From the NCBI GenBank assembly GCA_934178475.1, contig CAKPQH010000001.1:68128-132127 (forward strand): 64,000 nucleotides of DNA. The letters run 5' to 3'. The notes below the pieces were generated by a model. It was not told the DNA's origin, did no database searches, and worked only from the letters and a program-made list of their open reading frames with translations. This stretch comes from an uncultured Clostridia bacterium (GTDB lineage: Bacteria > Bacillota > Clostridia > TANB77 > CAG-508). Position 1 is the first letter of the stretch. Each line of letters starts with the position of its first letter. The position numbers and the translations under genes are program-made. Of the stretch, positions 21,809 through 33,600 are shown piece by piece.

Positions 21809-24800
21809 CTATTTATACACATTAAATATTTCAACTGTATCTCCATATTTAGAATTGTTTATTCTTTGTATGTCATTGCCATATACAATACCATAATCTG
21901 TATTATATAACGCTAATGTTATTAAATATCCCCTATTTTGGTTAAATTCAAATGGTAAATTTAATTTATAATAAGTATCTCCTGTCTTTGATTCAAAATC
22001 TACCCATTGTATACCATCTTCTTGACCAATTTTCAATACTCCTGTTTTCCATAATGTACTATCTGATGAAATATCCTTTTTCTCATACTCGTATATTGTA
22101 TACTGAATCAAATTAATATTTTTCAAATGATATGAATTTGAAAATTGCATTACAGTAGTATATAAATCATTTTTGGCACTGTTTTCAAGACTTACTATTC
22201 CTTTATCTACATCTGCTTCATTATTTATTGCATTTATTGTACAAAGAATTTCATTTGGATCAGGTATATTTAAATTATTATCTTTTTTTATTGTTATTGA
22301 ATATTTAAAATAATAAGTCTTTGAAAAAGCCACATTATTTATATACATTTTTTCATTTGTTATGTTTTTGCCTTCAAGTACAAGTTTAGTTACCTCTTCT
22401 CCATTAGAATTATATATCTTTTGTGATATTTCTTTTCCAGTTTCATCATAGTAATATGCTTCAATTTTTATTTCTCCATTTACTATAACGCAATCTAAAT
22501 CTTTTATTGTTGTATTTATTCTTATTGAATTAGATCCATCATCATTATCCAATCTTGTAAATCTCCATCCAGTTGTGCAATCATCTAACGCCTGTATTGT
22601 AAATTCTTTTTCAATATATTCAAGTTCACTATTATTAACCATTGGTATCATTCTTAATTTATACTTTTCTCCAAATTTAAATACATTTTGTCCGTTTTGA
22701 GATCCCTCCATAAATTGGTTATTATAAGGTCCTATACCAATAGAAAAATATCTATCTATCAATGTATTTTCTTTATTTTTACCTACTAATACTGAAGATT
22801 GCAAAATGCCTCTTGAATTATAAAATTCACATTTTATTGAATCGTAAAACTTTTGATCTCCATCTACTTGTTGTCCATCAACTATTTTATATGTGATATC
22901 TAAATTTCTATCTGAAAATTTTGTAGCTGAATACTCAATATTTATGTCACTAATATCAACTTTTCTTCCAGTATTAAATGAATACTTAACGCCCGTTCTT
23001 CGCACATCCCTATCGAAAAAATACTTTCCAGGTACATATGCAATTTTCATTACATATGAAGCACGTGCCTCTAAATTGCCGATTAAATAATTGCCAATTC
23101 CCATATCAGTATCTGTTCCATTATATTCTTCATATACTGTTTTTCCATCTTTTACAACTTCCTTGTAAATTGTATACTGATCGTATATTTCTTCTTTACC
23201 TGTTTTATTATTTATTTTATATACTTCAAAATTAAGTCTATCAAATTTATCTTCACTTACATCATTATACTTATTAACATTAAATGTTTTTATATTAAAA
23301 TATGCAGATCCTGTTGTTACACTTGTATTTTTTACTTGAATTGATGGAACAATCTTTTTATTTACAGGTAAATCCTGCGTTGTACCTGATGAAGTTAAAA
23401 AATGTTTTTGTTGTACATTTACATCACTATATTTCAAAGAACTTTCTCCATATGCAAATGTAATACTTCTATCTGCTCCACTTGAAAGCTTAATATTACT
23501 TATTACATTTGATTTTTTAAATTCTATTCCAGTCTTTTTATAAGCTTTTCCAATTATTGATGAGTCCCATTTATTTTCATTTAAGTCTAAATATTCTCCA
23601 TTGTCATTTACATATGCTACATATTCTTCTTGAGTATCATTATTATCAATTTTACCATTAAATCCAACTTTTCCTGTATTATAATACATTTCGTATTTAA
23701 TTTTATATGTTATCTCGGGATTATTTGCTCCCATTGCGATTAAATCCATTAACGCTTGATTCTCATCCTCAGATAAATCAAAATCTATATAATATTTTGA
23801 ATTATCATAAGTTAATTTTTGGTTTTTAAATTCTTTTTTATAAGTTCCAGCTATTTCAAACGTCATATCAACCATTGCAACCCTAGATAATATATCTATA
23901 TCAGAATACTGTTTTTGTCCAAATATTATTCTTATAATTTGTTCTGATTCATATTTATTTACATCTTCCACGCAATAAATATATTGATTTAACTCGTCTT
24001 CACCAATTTCAACAATTGGTGAAAATTTTATAGATCCTACTTTTTTAGTTTGGAAATTATTTTCTCCCTCAATTAATGAATATTTATACTCTATAATATA
24101 TTCTCGATTTTTCACTAAATGTTTGAACTCTATTTCAGCATTATTTGAATCTCTTGCTACTAAAATTTCTTCACCATTTATTGTAAGTTTATCCATTGTA
24201 TCATCGCCAACTATAGCTTTATCTGGGTCATTAATTGAATAAACATATTTTAAAACATTTCCATTTTCATCATCTACATAAGATTCTTTAGCATACATTG
24301 TTATAACAGGTTCTTGTTTCAACGGAATTTTTTCTGTTGTTCCTTTAGAAGCTTCTTTCGTGCCATCTGCATATATTACTTTATAGCCAAATTTATACTT
24401 ATTTCCTCTCTTCATTTTTTCTTCTGTATCGCTGAAAAATACTTTATAAGAAGGAATTGTTTTGCCGCTATATTCTAATTCACCACTATTAAGTATTTCT
24501 TCATCATCTTCATTATAAACATAATATACTATTGCAGTAGTAGGTTTTGATTCACGTTTAAAATCAGCAGTAATATTATATCCAACAATTGTATCATCAT
24601 TTAAATTGTCATTCTTATGATCTCCTGCATCTTTGTCATTTAAAATTTCTATAGCCTTAGGCGGTTTTTTATCGCTAATTGTTTCACTTGTATCTACTGT
24701 CACCCATGCTGCTGTATAAGTTTCATTTCCTTTAACATACAAATCATTACTTAATTGTAATTCCAAATTTGTAGGATCATTTATTACTGGAATTAAGTTT

Positions 24801-27448
24801 TTATATGTCGTTGAGTCGTACATCATTGTTGCTCCTATAGTAAAGCATGTATCAGAACTCTCCTCTAATCCCATTGATGTCGAATTAATATCAATTCCCT
24901 TTTGATTAATTAAATCCTTAAAAGACTCTGCAGATTCATTATAGCTCTTATAATTACTTCTATTAATTACTTTTTCAGCTTTATTTGTATTATTTATGCT
25001 ATATCTATCACTTGCTTGTACTACAATAGTTACACTAGATAAATTATCTAAAGATTCAGTATCTGCTGTATTTAAAGAATCTAATTTTAATTTAAGACTA
25101 AATTTCTTTGTAGTATCTGGTGGAGGCATTGAATACATTGCTTTTACTGAAGTATATTCTTTTGTTGTTATTCTAATAGTACCTATTAACACATTTTCTC
25201 TTGTTATAGATGCCCCATTTTCATCTTTTTCTCCTATATTTATAGTTGCATATACATTAAAAACATAGGTATCTTTAGCTTTTAAATTTGACATATCAAT
25301 ATTAATTGTTATATTTCCATCTTGATCTCTACCATATAGTTTATCATCATAAATTGCAGTTTCGCCCATTGAATTTTTATATTCAATTTTTATATTTTTA
25401 TTATTATCGATTGCCTTTTGTTCATCATTAATTTTTATATTACCTTTAATATATGTTGCTCCAAGTCCTATTTCTTCCCATGAAACAGTCGGCATAGCTT
25501 TTGGTGGCATTGATAATAAAGCAACTCCATCTTTTACAACTTCAAAATATTTTTCATTGTCATACATTGTAGCAACTATTTTTAACACATACGTTTTTTC
25601 AGCTACAACTGGACTATCACTATCTTTATTATAATCAACACTAACAATTTCTTCAGTTGTATCTTTTTTATTTCTATAACAAATCTCTCCTATAGTTCCA
25701 TTAGATGCTACTTCATATAAACAATATTCATATGATTGTATAGCCCCATCTGAATCAGATATATTGCTTGCATATAAATTAAAGTTTCCGTTCTTTTTGT
25801 CTGTATATGAATCAGCTGTAAAATCTGCCACTTTCTTCAATGTAGTATACTCAAACTCATCTGTCCATGATATTTTAACATTATCATATATAATATCATA
25901 TAATTTTATTTTATATGGCTTGTTTGAATCCAACCCATTAAATACTATTGTTTTCATTTCTTTATTTATATTAACTGTTGCTTTTGCATTTCCACTATTG
26001 TTTACATCTGCATAATAATCATATATTGAAACTTTAGCACTTTCCATTAATGAATTTCTATCTATAACAGCTTCAAAACTCATTGAATCGCTTGTAAACA
26101 TATCCTTAACTATTTCTACCCCAACACTTGATGTTACAAAAGTTCTATAAACAAAATTTTTGCTATACATTGTATCATCAATAACATATTTTGCAGATAC
26201 AGTTAATGAATACTGTGTATTTGGAACAAGATTTTCCTTATTAACACTAAACTTCATATCCACAACATCAGCAGTCTCTCTTAGCATAATTTTTCCAGTT
26301 TTATCATTTCTAATTTGATATATAATATCATTATCCTGAGATAATAACTCATCTTTATCTGTAATAGAAATCTTTGCTTCCAGTTTATTAGCAGAAATAT
26401 CTATATTCTCTACTTTAAATATTGGTTCACTAAGTTTTTTAGTTTTATCAACTTTAGTTTCATTTGAATCTTTTGGATAATCAATCTCTGACGGATCAAA
26501 TTCTTCCTCATCTCCATCATCATTACCATTATCACTAGATCCATTAATCAATGTTGTTGAATTGTTTGTAGTAGATTGTTGATTGTTACCACCAACTACA
26601 ACTGAACCATTTGTTTTTCCATCTTCTGTCTCATTATTTTCTGTGGTATTATTTTCTTCATTATTTTTTTCTTCATAATCAGCTAAATCTACTATATTTA
26701 CATTATCATTAGAATTAATAATCATATTATCCAAACTCATTTTTATTTGTCCATCTTTAGTTACTATTTTGTCCCCTAAATTCAACTTAATGTTATCTGC
26801 TAATTCTATATAAGAATCTGATGATATAGTTTGATTACTAATTTCTTGATTATACAAGTTTACTATTTCATTGTCTGAATACTCAATTTCAATATAATCT
26901 TTTACTTCTTTTTGAATACCACTACTCAAATTTATTTTTATGTTTTCAGCAAGAATAAGATATTTATTATCTGATATCTTCCATATAGCTTTATCAAATT
27001 GTATATCTGATTTTAAATTTTTTATTGTATATCTATCAGAAGTCTTTTTTATCTCTTTATTTGCATTTATATTATAGTATACAATTGGATTTAAATCTAT
27101 ATTATTCAAATCTAATAAAACACTCTCTTTTAATGCTTCTGTATTTCCACTTGTATAATGAACAAAATTTTCTTTTTCAATTGTAATTTTTTCTCCTTCC
27201 GTATCATTAAAGACAATTTTGTCATCATATGATTTAGTATATGTTTCATCCTCATAAAAATAGTATCTATCTGATAAGTTATTTAATATATATCCAGACT
27301 CACTAAAATTTAATTCCTTCTGTTTTTTTACATTCACAGTATTATAAACTAATATCGTACCCAATAATACTATTATACTTAAGAAAAATATTATATATTT
27401 TTTCATATAAAAATCTCCTTTATCTCTCAAAAATGTGCATTTAACCAT
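21809..27448 (-). CDS. Giant surface protein (1879 aa) with N-terminal signal-anchor and multiple FN3/Ig-like modules
   Basis: N-terminus MKKYIIFFLSIIVLLGTILVYN. FN3-like motifs LVPNTQYSLTVSAKY and LDSNKPYKIKLYDIIY. Starts 13 nt before the next gene. Confidence 0.6.
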   Translation of the reverse strand: MVKCTFLRDKGDFYMKKYIIFFLSIIVLLGTILVYNTVNVKKQKELNFSESGYILNNLSDRYYFYEDETYTKSYDDKIVFNDTEGEKITIEKENFVHYTSGNTEALKESVLLDLNNIDLNPIVYYNINANKEIKKTSDRYTIKNLKSDIQFDKAIWKISDNKYLILAENIKINLSSGIQKEVKDYIEIEYSDNEIVNLYNQEISNQTISSDSYIELADNIKLNLGDKIVTKDGQIKMSLDNMIINSNDNVNIVDLADYEEKNNEENNTTENNETEDGKTNGSVVVGGNNQQSTTNNSTTLINGSSDNGNDDGDEEEFDPSEIDYPKDSNETKVDKTKKLSEPIFKVENIDISANKLEAKISITDKDELLSQDNDIIYQIRNDKTGKIMLRETADVVDMKFSVNKENLVPNTQYSLTVSAKYVIDDTMYSKNFVYRTFVTSSVGVEIVKDMFTSDSMSFEAVIDRNSLMESAKVSIYDYYADVNNSGNAKATVNINKEMKTIVFNGLDSNKPYKIKLYDIIYDNVKISWTDEFEYTTLKKVADFTADSYTDKKNGNFNLYASNISDSDGAIQSYEYCLYEVASNGTIGEICYRNKKDTTEEIVSVDYNKDSDSPVVAEKTYVLKIVATMYDNEKYFEVVKDGVALLSMPPKAMPTVSWEEIGLGATYIKGNIKINDEQKAIDNNKNIKIEYKNSMGETAIYDDKLYGRDQDGNITINIDMSNLKAKDTYVFNVYATINIGEKDENGASITRENVLIGTIRITTKEYTSVKAMYSMPPPDTTKKFSLKLKLDSLNTADTESLDNLSSVTIVVQASDRYSINNTNKAEKVINRSNYKSYNESAESFKDLINQKGIDINSTSMGLEESSDTCFTIGATMMYDSTTYKNLIPVINDPTNLELQLSNDLYVKGNETYTAAWVTVDTSETISDKKPPKAIEILNDKDAGDHKNDNLNDDTIVGYNITADFKRESKPTTAIVYYVYNEDDEEILNSGELEYSGKTIPSYKVFFSDTEEKMKRGNKYKFGYKVIYADGTKEASKGTTEKIPLKQEPVITMYAKESYVDDENGNVLKYVYSINDPDKAIVGDDTMDKLTINGEEILVARDSNNAEIEFKHLVKNREYIIEYKYSLIEGENNFQTKKVGSIKFSPIVEIGEDELNQYIYCVEDVNKYESEQIIRIIFGQKQYSDIDILSRVAMVDMTFEIAGTYKKEFKNQKLTYDNSKYYIDFDLSEDENQALMDLIAMGANNPEITYKIKYEMYYNTGKVGFNGKIDNNDTQEEYVAYVNDNGEYLDLNENKWDSSIIGKAYKKTGIEFKKSNVISNIKLSSGADRSITFAYGESSLKYSDVNVQQKHFLTSSGTTQDLPVNKKIVPSIQVKNTSVTTGSAYFNIKTFNVNKYNDVSEDKFDRLNFEVYKINNKTGKEEIYDQYTIYKEVVKDGKTVYEEYNGTDTDMGIGNYLIGNLEARASYVMKIAYVPGKYFFDRDVRRTGVKYSFNTGRKVDISDINIEYSATKFSDRNLDITYKIVDGQQVDGDQKFYDSIKCEFYNSRGILQSSVLVGKNKENTLIDRYFSIGIGPYNNQFMEGSQNGQNVFKFGEKYKLRMIPMVNNSELEYIEKEFTIQALDDCTTGWRFTRLDNDDGSNSIRINTTIKDLDCVIVNGEIKIEAYYYDETGKEISQKIYNSNGEEVTKLVLEGKNITNEKMYINNVAFSKTYYFKYSITIKKDNNLNIPDPNEILCTINAINNEADVDKGIVSLENSAKNDLYTTVMQFSNSYHLKNINLIQYTIYEYEKKDISSDSTLWKTGVLKIGQEDGIQWVDFESKTGDTYYKLNLPFEFNQNRGYLITLALYNTDYGIVYGNDIQRINNSKYGDTVEIFNVYK

Positions 27449-27595
27449 ATTTATAATAGCATATTAAATTTTTGTTTTCAAGGTAAGTTTTGACAGCATT
27501 TTTTATAATTCGTCAAAAAAGCCCTAAAATACTGCTTGCGCAAGTTTAAAGTGCTTTTATTACATTTTTATAACATTTTTATTACAGTTTTATTA

Positions 27596-27637
27596 CAAAA
27601 AAATAAACCTATCTGTCTTTATTTGACAAATAGGTTT
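27596..27637 (-). terminator. Intrinsic terminator immediately after the 3649-aa gene
   Basis: Minus-strand hairpin AAACCTATTTG...CAGATAGGTTT followed by TTTTTT. The stop codon of the giant gene is at 27642-27644. Confidence 0.5.
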
Positions 27638-27641
27638 ATTT

Positions 27642-30600
27642 TTAATCTTTTATATTTTTTCTTTTCATTACAACAAGAATAATTCCTATTGATACTATTA
27701 CAATTGCAAATAATATTATTCCTATATCGTTTAATTCAATCTTGCTTACAGATAAGTTTCCGTAATAATTTTCCAAATTTGCATTAGATTGTATTTTTTC
27801 ATTTTCAGATATTACTTTTTCTGTTTTTGTATCAAATAGTTCTTCTGAACTATATACAACATATTTATCCTGACTAGTATCATATGCAACTGTATATTGA
27901 ATATCTTTGTTTGTTTGAGAAATATTACTTTCTGTATTATTTATAGAATTTTCACCATTATTTTCACTAACAGTACCTGTTTTATTATCATCTTCTATAT
28001 TACTCATTGCTTCATCTATTGATATCTTTTCTAATTTTGCAATAAGTTCTTTCTCATCCTCATAATTGATGTTTTCTATATCATATAACAAGTTTTCCTT
28101 CTTAAAACTATTTGCAATATATGTAAATAAGTCTACTTTTCCTTCTCCATTATCATATACTTCTTCACCTGTAATATAATTAAATCCAACTACTTTTCCA
28201 GAAGAGTAATAAACCAAAACAATATTAGTATTATTCTTAATGTTACTTGTCATTTGAATTATATCTTTATTTTTAAAGTTTAAAGGATATTTTATCTTGT
28301 TTAAGAAATTATATATCTTACCATCAACACCTAAAGCTGCTTCATATTGTTTATCATTATATGAATCAATTATAGCAGTATTTCCATATATATCTAGTTT
28401 TCCATCTAATATATACATTGATTTGTTCTTGATATACATTTGTTTATCCTTTATTATTTCATTTTCACTATCTTCTATAACTTTAGTACAGTGATAATAT
28501 GTTTCTATTTTTTTACCTTTATACTCATATTCAATTAATGGAATACTTTCTTCCAATTTTTCAAACTGAGCATATTCACCTATTTCTGTATTAACATCAT
28601 ATACATTATAAATCTTTCCATCAGTTGAAATTACTTTTCCTTCATATAAATTTGCAAACTCCCCATCAAAACTATTCTTATTAGAGTATAATTTATTATT
28701 TAATAAATAGAAGTATTCGTCGTCTTGCATATATAATTTATTTCTTATATCATTTATGTCAAAATCTTCTTCATAGCAAACCATACCATTTGAAAATTTA
28801 ATTTTTATAGATTGTTTAAAATCAAATTTAAATGTATTTACTCTATCTTTAATCGTTCCTGTGTAAAGCGTATTTCCATCCTCAGTACATATAGAATATG
28901 CTGTATTTTCATTAACATATTCAAATTCTACATTTATTTTATCTACATCAGATGTATAAACATATACCTTTGGGAATTGTTCTTTAACACTAGTATTTAT
29001 TGCATACATTTTATTTCTATTTATAGGCATTGACATCAATGAAAATTTCTTTGCTCTTGAAGTATTATCAAAGTATTCTTCTATTGGAAATTCTGGTGCT
29101 ACTTGAGTAATTCCTAATGAACTCCATTTATTAGCATCTATTAATATAGGCAAACAATTATTGCTAATATTTGAATCTATTATATATGACGTACCAAAAG
29201 ACAATTTGTTTTTATAATTTGATGCATTTTTAATCCAATTATAGTCAACAATTTGATATTTATCTACATTTTGTTCATCAATACCATATTTATCCATAAC
29301 ATCAATTCTATAATTATTAATCTTATTTCCTAAATATATATATGTATTAACCATGTTAAGATTCTGGTTACCATATGATTTTCCTGTCTCTTCATCTTCT
29401 CCAGCACCAACCATATAATTTCCTATTCCCATTGATACTTCGTTACCACTTGCCAATATATCTGTTATTATTAAATTAGAACCATATGCATCTTCTGGAT
29501 AACTGTCTTGGAAATTCTCGGTATTTCTTCTTGTATCGCTTTCTATTAATCTATCTACCTTTCCTATAACTCCTCCAACAAAGTTATCTCCTCTTATAAA
29601 TGTATTTTTAGCAGAATAATTAATAACATAATTATTTCTAATCTTTGATATATATTGGTTTGTTTGAGTATTTTTATTTTTTAAATATCCTACCAATCCA
29701 CCAACACATGTAGTTTTAGCCGCACTTGATGTAGGATTAATCTTACAATTTACCACATAACAATTCTCCAAATTTCCATACTCAAACACTCCAGCTATTC
29801 CACCTATTTCTGAACCCGATTCAAACTCAATATTAGTATTTACACATGCAGAATTCTTTAAATAGAAGTTTTTACTTGAAATATATTGTGCTTGATTTTT
29901 AATTGATGCTCTATAATATCCCACAATACCTCCAATGTATTTAGAACCCTTTCCTCCTCTGATATTACTATTATCAATATATGTTCCATACACTGTTCCT
30001 TCAGAATAGCCCGCTATTCCTCCAATATTGCTTCCCGTTGCCTTTATATACATATTTGATGCATATGCTTGATTTATTGAATAATATGAACTGCTTGAAT
30101 TATAGTAAGAGTAATTTTCTCTTCCAACAATTCCACCAACATAATTAATTCCAGAAACATCTACTTGCGTTGCATCATTATTTCCAGTAACTTTTACATT
30201 TCTAATTATAGCATTTGAATATCCAAAAGCCCCACCTACATAACTAGCACCTTCAACTTTATTGTCTTTTACAACAACTCCATCTATAGGAACTGAATTT
30301 GCTTGTTCAACATATCCAAAAACTCCTCCAGCATAATCCTGTAATGCTCCTTTTGAAGTTTTACTGTATACTTTATTTTCTATTGATTCAATATTTCTTA
30401 TTGGATAAGAAGAATAATATGTATGTGCTCTTCCTGCAATTCCTCCAACTTGTCCTGCACCTTTTATTACATTTTGTCTAGATATAATTTTTCCATTAGT
30501 TGGTATTTCTGAATATCTCAAGCTTCCAAACACTCCACCAGTTCTAGTAGAAGTTCCTGTTATTGTATTATTTATTGATGTACAATTTCCAATATATCCT

Positions 30601-33600
30601 GCATTTTCACCAATAATACCTCCAACATACGAACCACCTTGTATCACATTATCTTTAGCTTCAAAATTTAACTGTGAACACCAATAAGCTTCACCAACAC
30701 AAGCTCCAATGACTGAACCACCAATAATTCTACTATTATTTGTTTTAACAGTATCTAAATTTCTATATGCATATCCAATACAACCTCCAATATAACTACC
30801 TGTACCTTTTACCAAGAAGCCATTGTCTGGTCTAGATTCTCCATCAGTTTGGAAAGCAGAAATATTTTTTAAGTATCCACTCGTATTTTGCAAACGTCCT
30901 ATTAATCCTCCTACAAAACTATGTCCTGATACAGAAGTATATCTTGCTTTCATATTTTTGCACTCTCCTGATAAAGTAGAATATCCACTTAATCCTCCAA
31001 CATAGTCATACCCTGAGCAAGTTATACCAGATAATTCAATATCTTGTATTTTAGCATTTGTAAGTTGAGCAATTGTTCCAATATAACTATAGCCTGACGC
31101 ATTTACTGTAATCTTATTAAAACTAATATTTTTACAGTTAGCTGTTACCAAACTAAATATTCCTGTATTACTAGCTTTAGATGTTACCTCAATATTCTCA
31201 AAAGAAATATCCTGAAGTGCAACAGAACATTCTTTAATTAATCCTGAACGATATTTATTAAGTTTAAAACTATATGTTTGATCATTCGTTCCACCTATTA
31301 TTGGTTTTTCTCTTGCATCATTTACCTTACCAACTAGTCTTCCAACAATAAGTTCTGAATTTTCCAAATGATTATCTGCTGTTTTTTTAGGTCCATTAGT
31401 GTTTAAATTAATATTTTGTAATATTTTATAGTTTTGATATGTGTTCCTATAATCAAAATCATCCCATTTTTTTACACCCTTATAAAATATAATAGAAACT
31501 TTTGTATCAATTACTATATCTTTTTCTGCACCATTATATTTATACCATAACTTATTTATCTTATAAGTATCATAGTAATAATTAGGTGTAACTTCAAGTT
31601 CAACTATAGAGTTCTTTGTTTTATCATTATATGTCTGAGATAATACTGAATTACAAACCATACTTTCAATATAATTTATTTTTTCAAACTCTAATCCTGT
31701 TACTTCAATTTGGTCAGGATTATTAATAGTTAGAGTCAATTTTGCTTTTGGATTATTTTCTTCCTCTTTAGTATCTAAATTATCTATATATTCAGCTTTA
31801 ACTCCTAATATTTTTAAATTTATTATTGAAATTTCAATATTATCTTGCCAAATCATCAATTCTCTGCTTTCCTCATTTTCATATAATAATGGTAAATTAT
31901 CAATAATATATCCATCAGAATTTATAATATTTGATTTATAATAATTGCCTGCGAAATTATTTTTCATAGTTGTATTTTTGCATATTCTAGAATCACCATC
32001 TTTTTCTTTTTTAGCTACACTTGATATTAAAGTTGCCCCATAAGCAGTTTCTGAAGTTGCATCAATTTTACCATTTATTCTCTGTCCACTATATGCATAA
32101 TTGTTAGCTAGGGTAACTTTTATAATATCAGTTGCATTTTTATCATCAGAACTACCTATAATATTATTTACATTACTCATTCCTGTTTTCTTAACATACA
32201 TATTACCTGTATATAAATTATAGATATTTTCAGAAGCTGTTGTGCTATGTCCTCCAATTCCACCTATTGCTCCTGTACTAGTAGCTGTAGAATTTGAAGT
32301 AATATCAATTGTACTATAACATTTTTCTACTTTTCCTTTATTCTTTCCAAAAATTCCTCCTATATAGTTTTGGTATGTTGTTATATTACCCGTTGAATAA
32401 CAATATTTTATATCAACTGTAATTTTAGAATTCTCAGAATCATCTACTCTTCCTAATATTCCTCCAATTCCTAAAGAAGTAATATTATTTCCTAAATTAA
32501 CATTGAAGTTTTGTACATAACAATTTTCTATCGTTTTACTTGAAGAAGTCGCATAACCTACTATTCCCCCCATAGCCATATTAAACTGTTTATTACTATC
32601 ATCTCTCGTGCAATCAAAATACAAACCACTTACAGATGAATTTTTAATAACATTTTGTGTCATTTCACATATAATTCCAGCTACATAACAATTTGCATTA
32701 ATATTTGTTTCATTATATGCACAACTTAAATTAATATTTTTTAAATGTATATTATTTATAATTGCCTTTTTATCCGTCATTCCAATAAAACCTAAATAAT
32801 ATTTAGAATTTTCTGAAAACTCCTTAAATCCATCTTGTGTATAATTCTCAATATTAAGATTTTCTACTTTTCCATTTAATATTTCAAAAAAGGTTTCTTG
32901 AGATAAATTTATGTTTTTTAATATAGGATATCTAGTTACTACCTGTTTTACTCCGTCCTTTTCTTCCTCCACTTGGATTTTTTCTGCTGTAATTTCTCCC
33001 TCAAATATACCTGAAATATTAGGCAACTCTTCAGAATTGTTAAAATCAATATCATTCACTAACCTATAGTTTTGTACTAATCCCTTAACTCCCAATGAAT
33101 TTCCTTCAGCATCTGTTGTATACTGATCTATATTACACCATTCCTCTGCATTTGTTATCTTTTTAACAAACTTCATATTTATTGTTTTTTTACCCAAGGG
33201 CTCATTTCCTCCAAATTTCTGTTCAACCGTTGTATACACTCCATCTACCCATGTTTTATATGAAATTTTAGATATATTATATGTATTATAGTATATTTGT
33301 GGATTGTCTATAATAGCATACAATAATGTTCTCTGATTTCCCTTGCCTTGTCCAATAATATGTTCATCAACAAAATCAATATCAACTCCATGTTCCTCAT
33401 CTATTTCAGAGTTTCTACTATTATATAATGAAATTTCTGCAACATAGATATTTTCATCAGTTACTTTTACATTATTTTGACTTTCATAATCTTCTATAGC
33501 TTTTCTTATCCTTGATTCAGTTCCATTTTCACCTGTTATAACTTCTCCTAATCCAAAAGTTTCTTCAAGTCTATTATTTATACTTTGAATTATTTCATCA

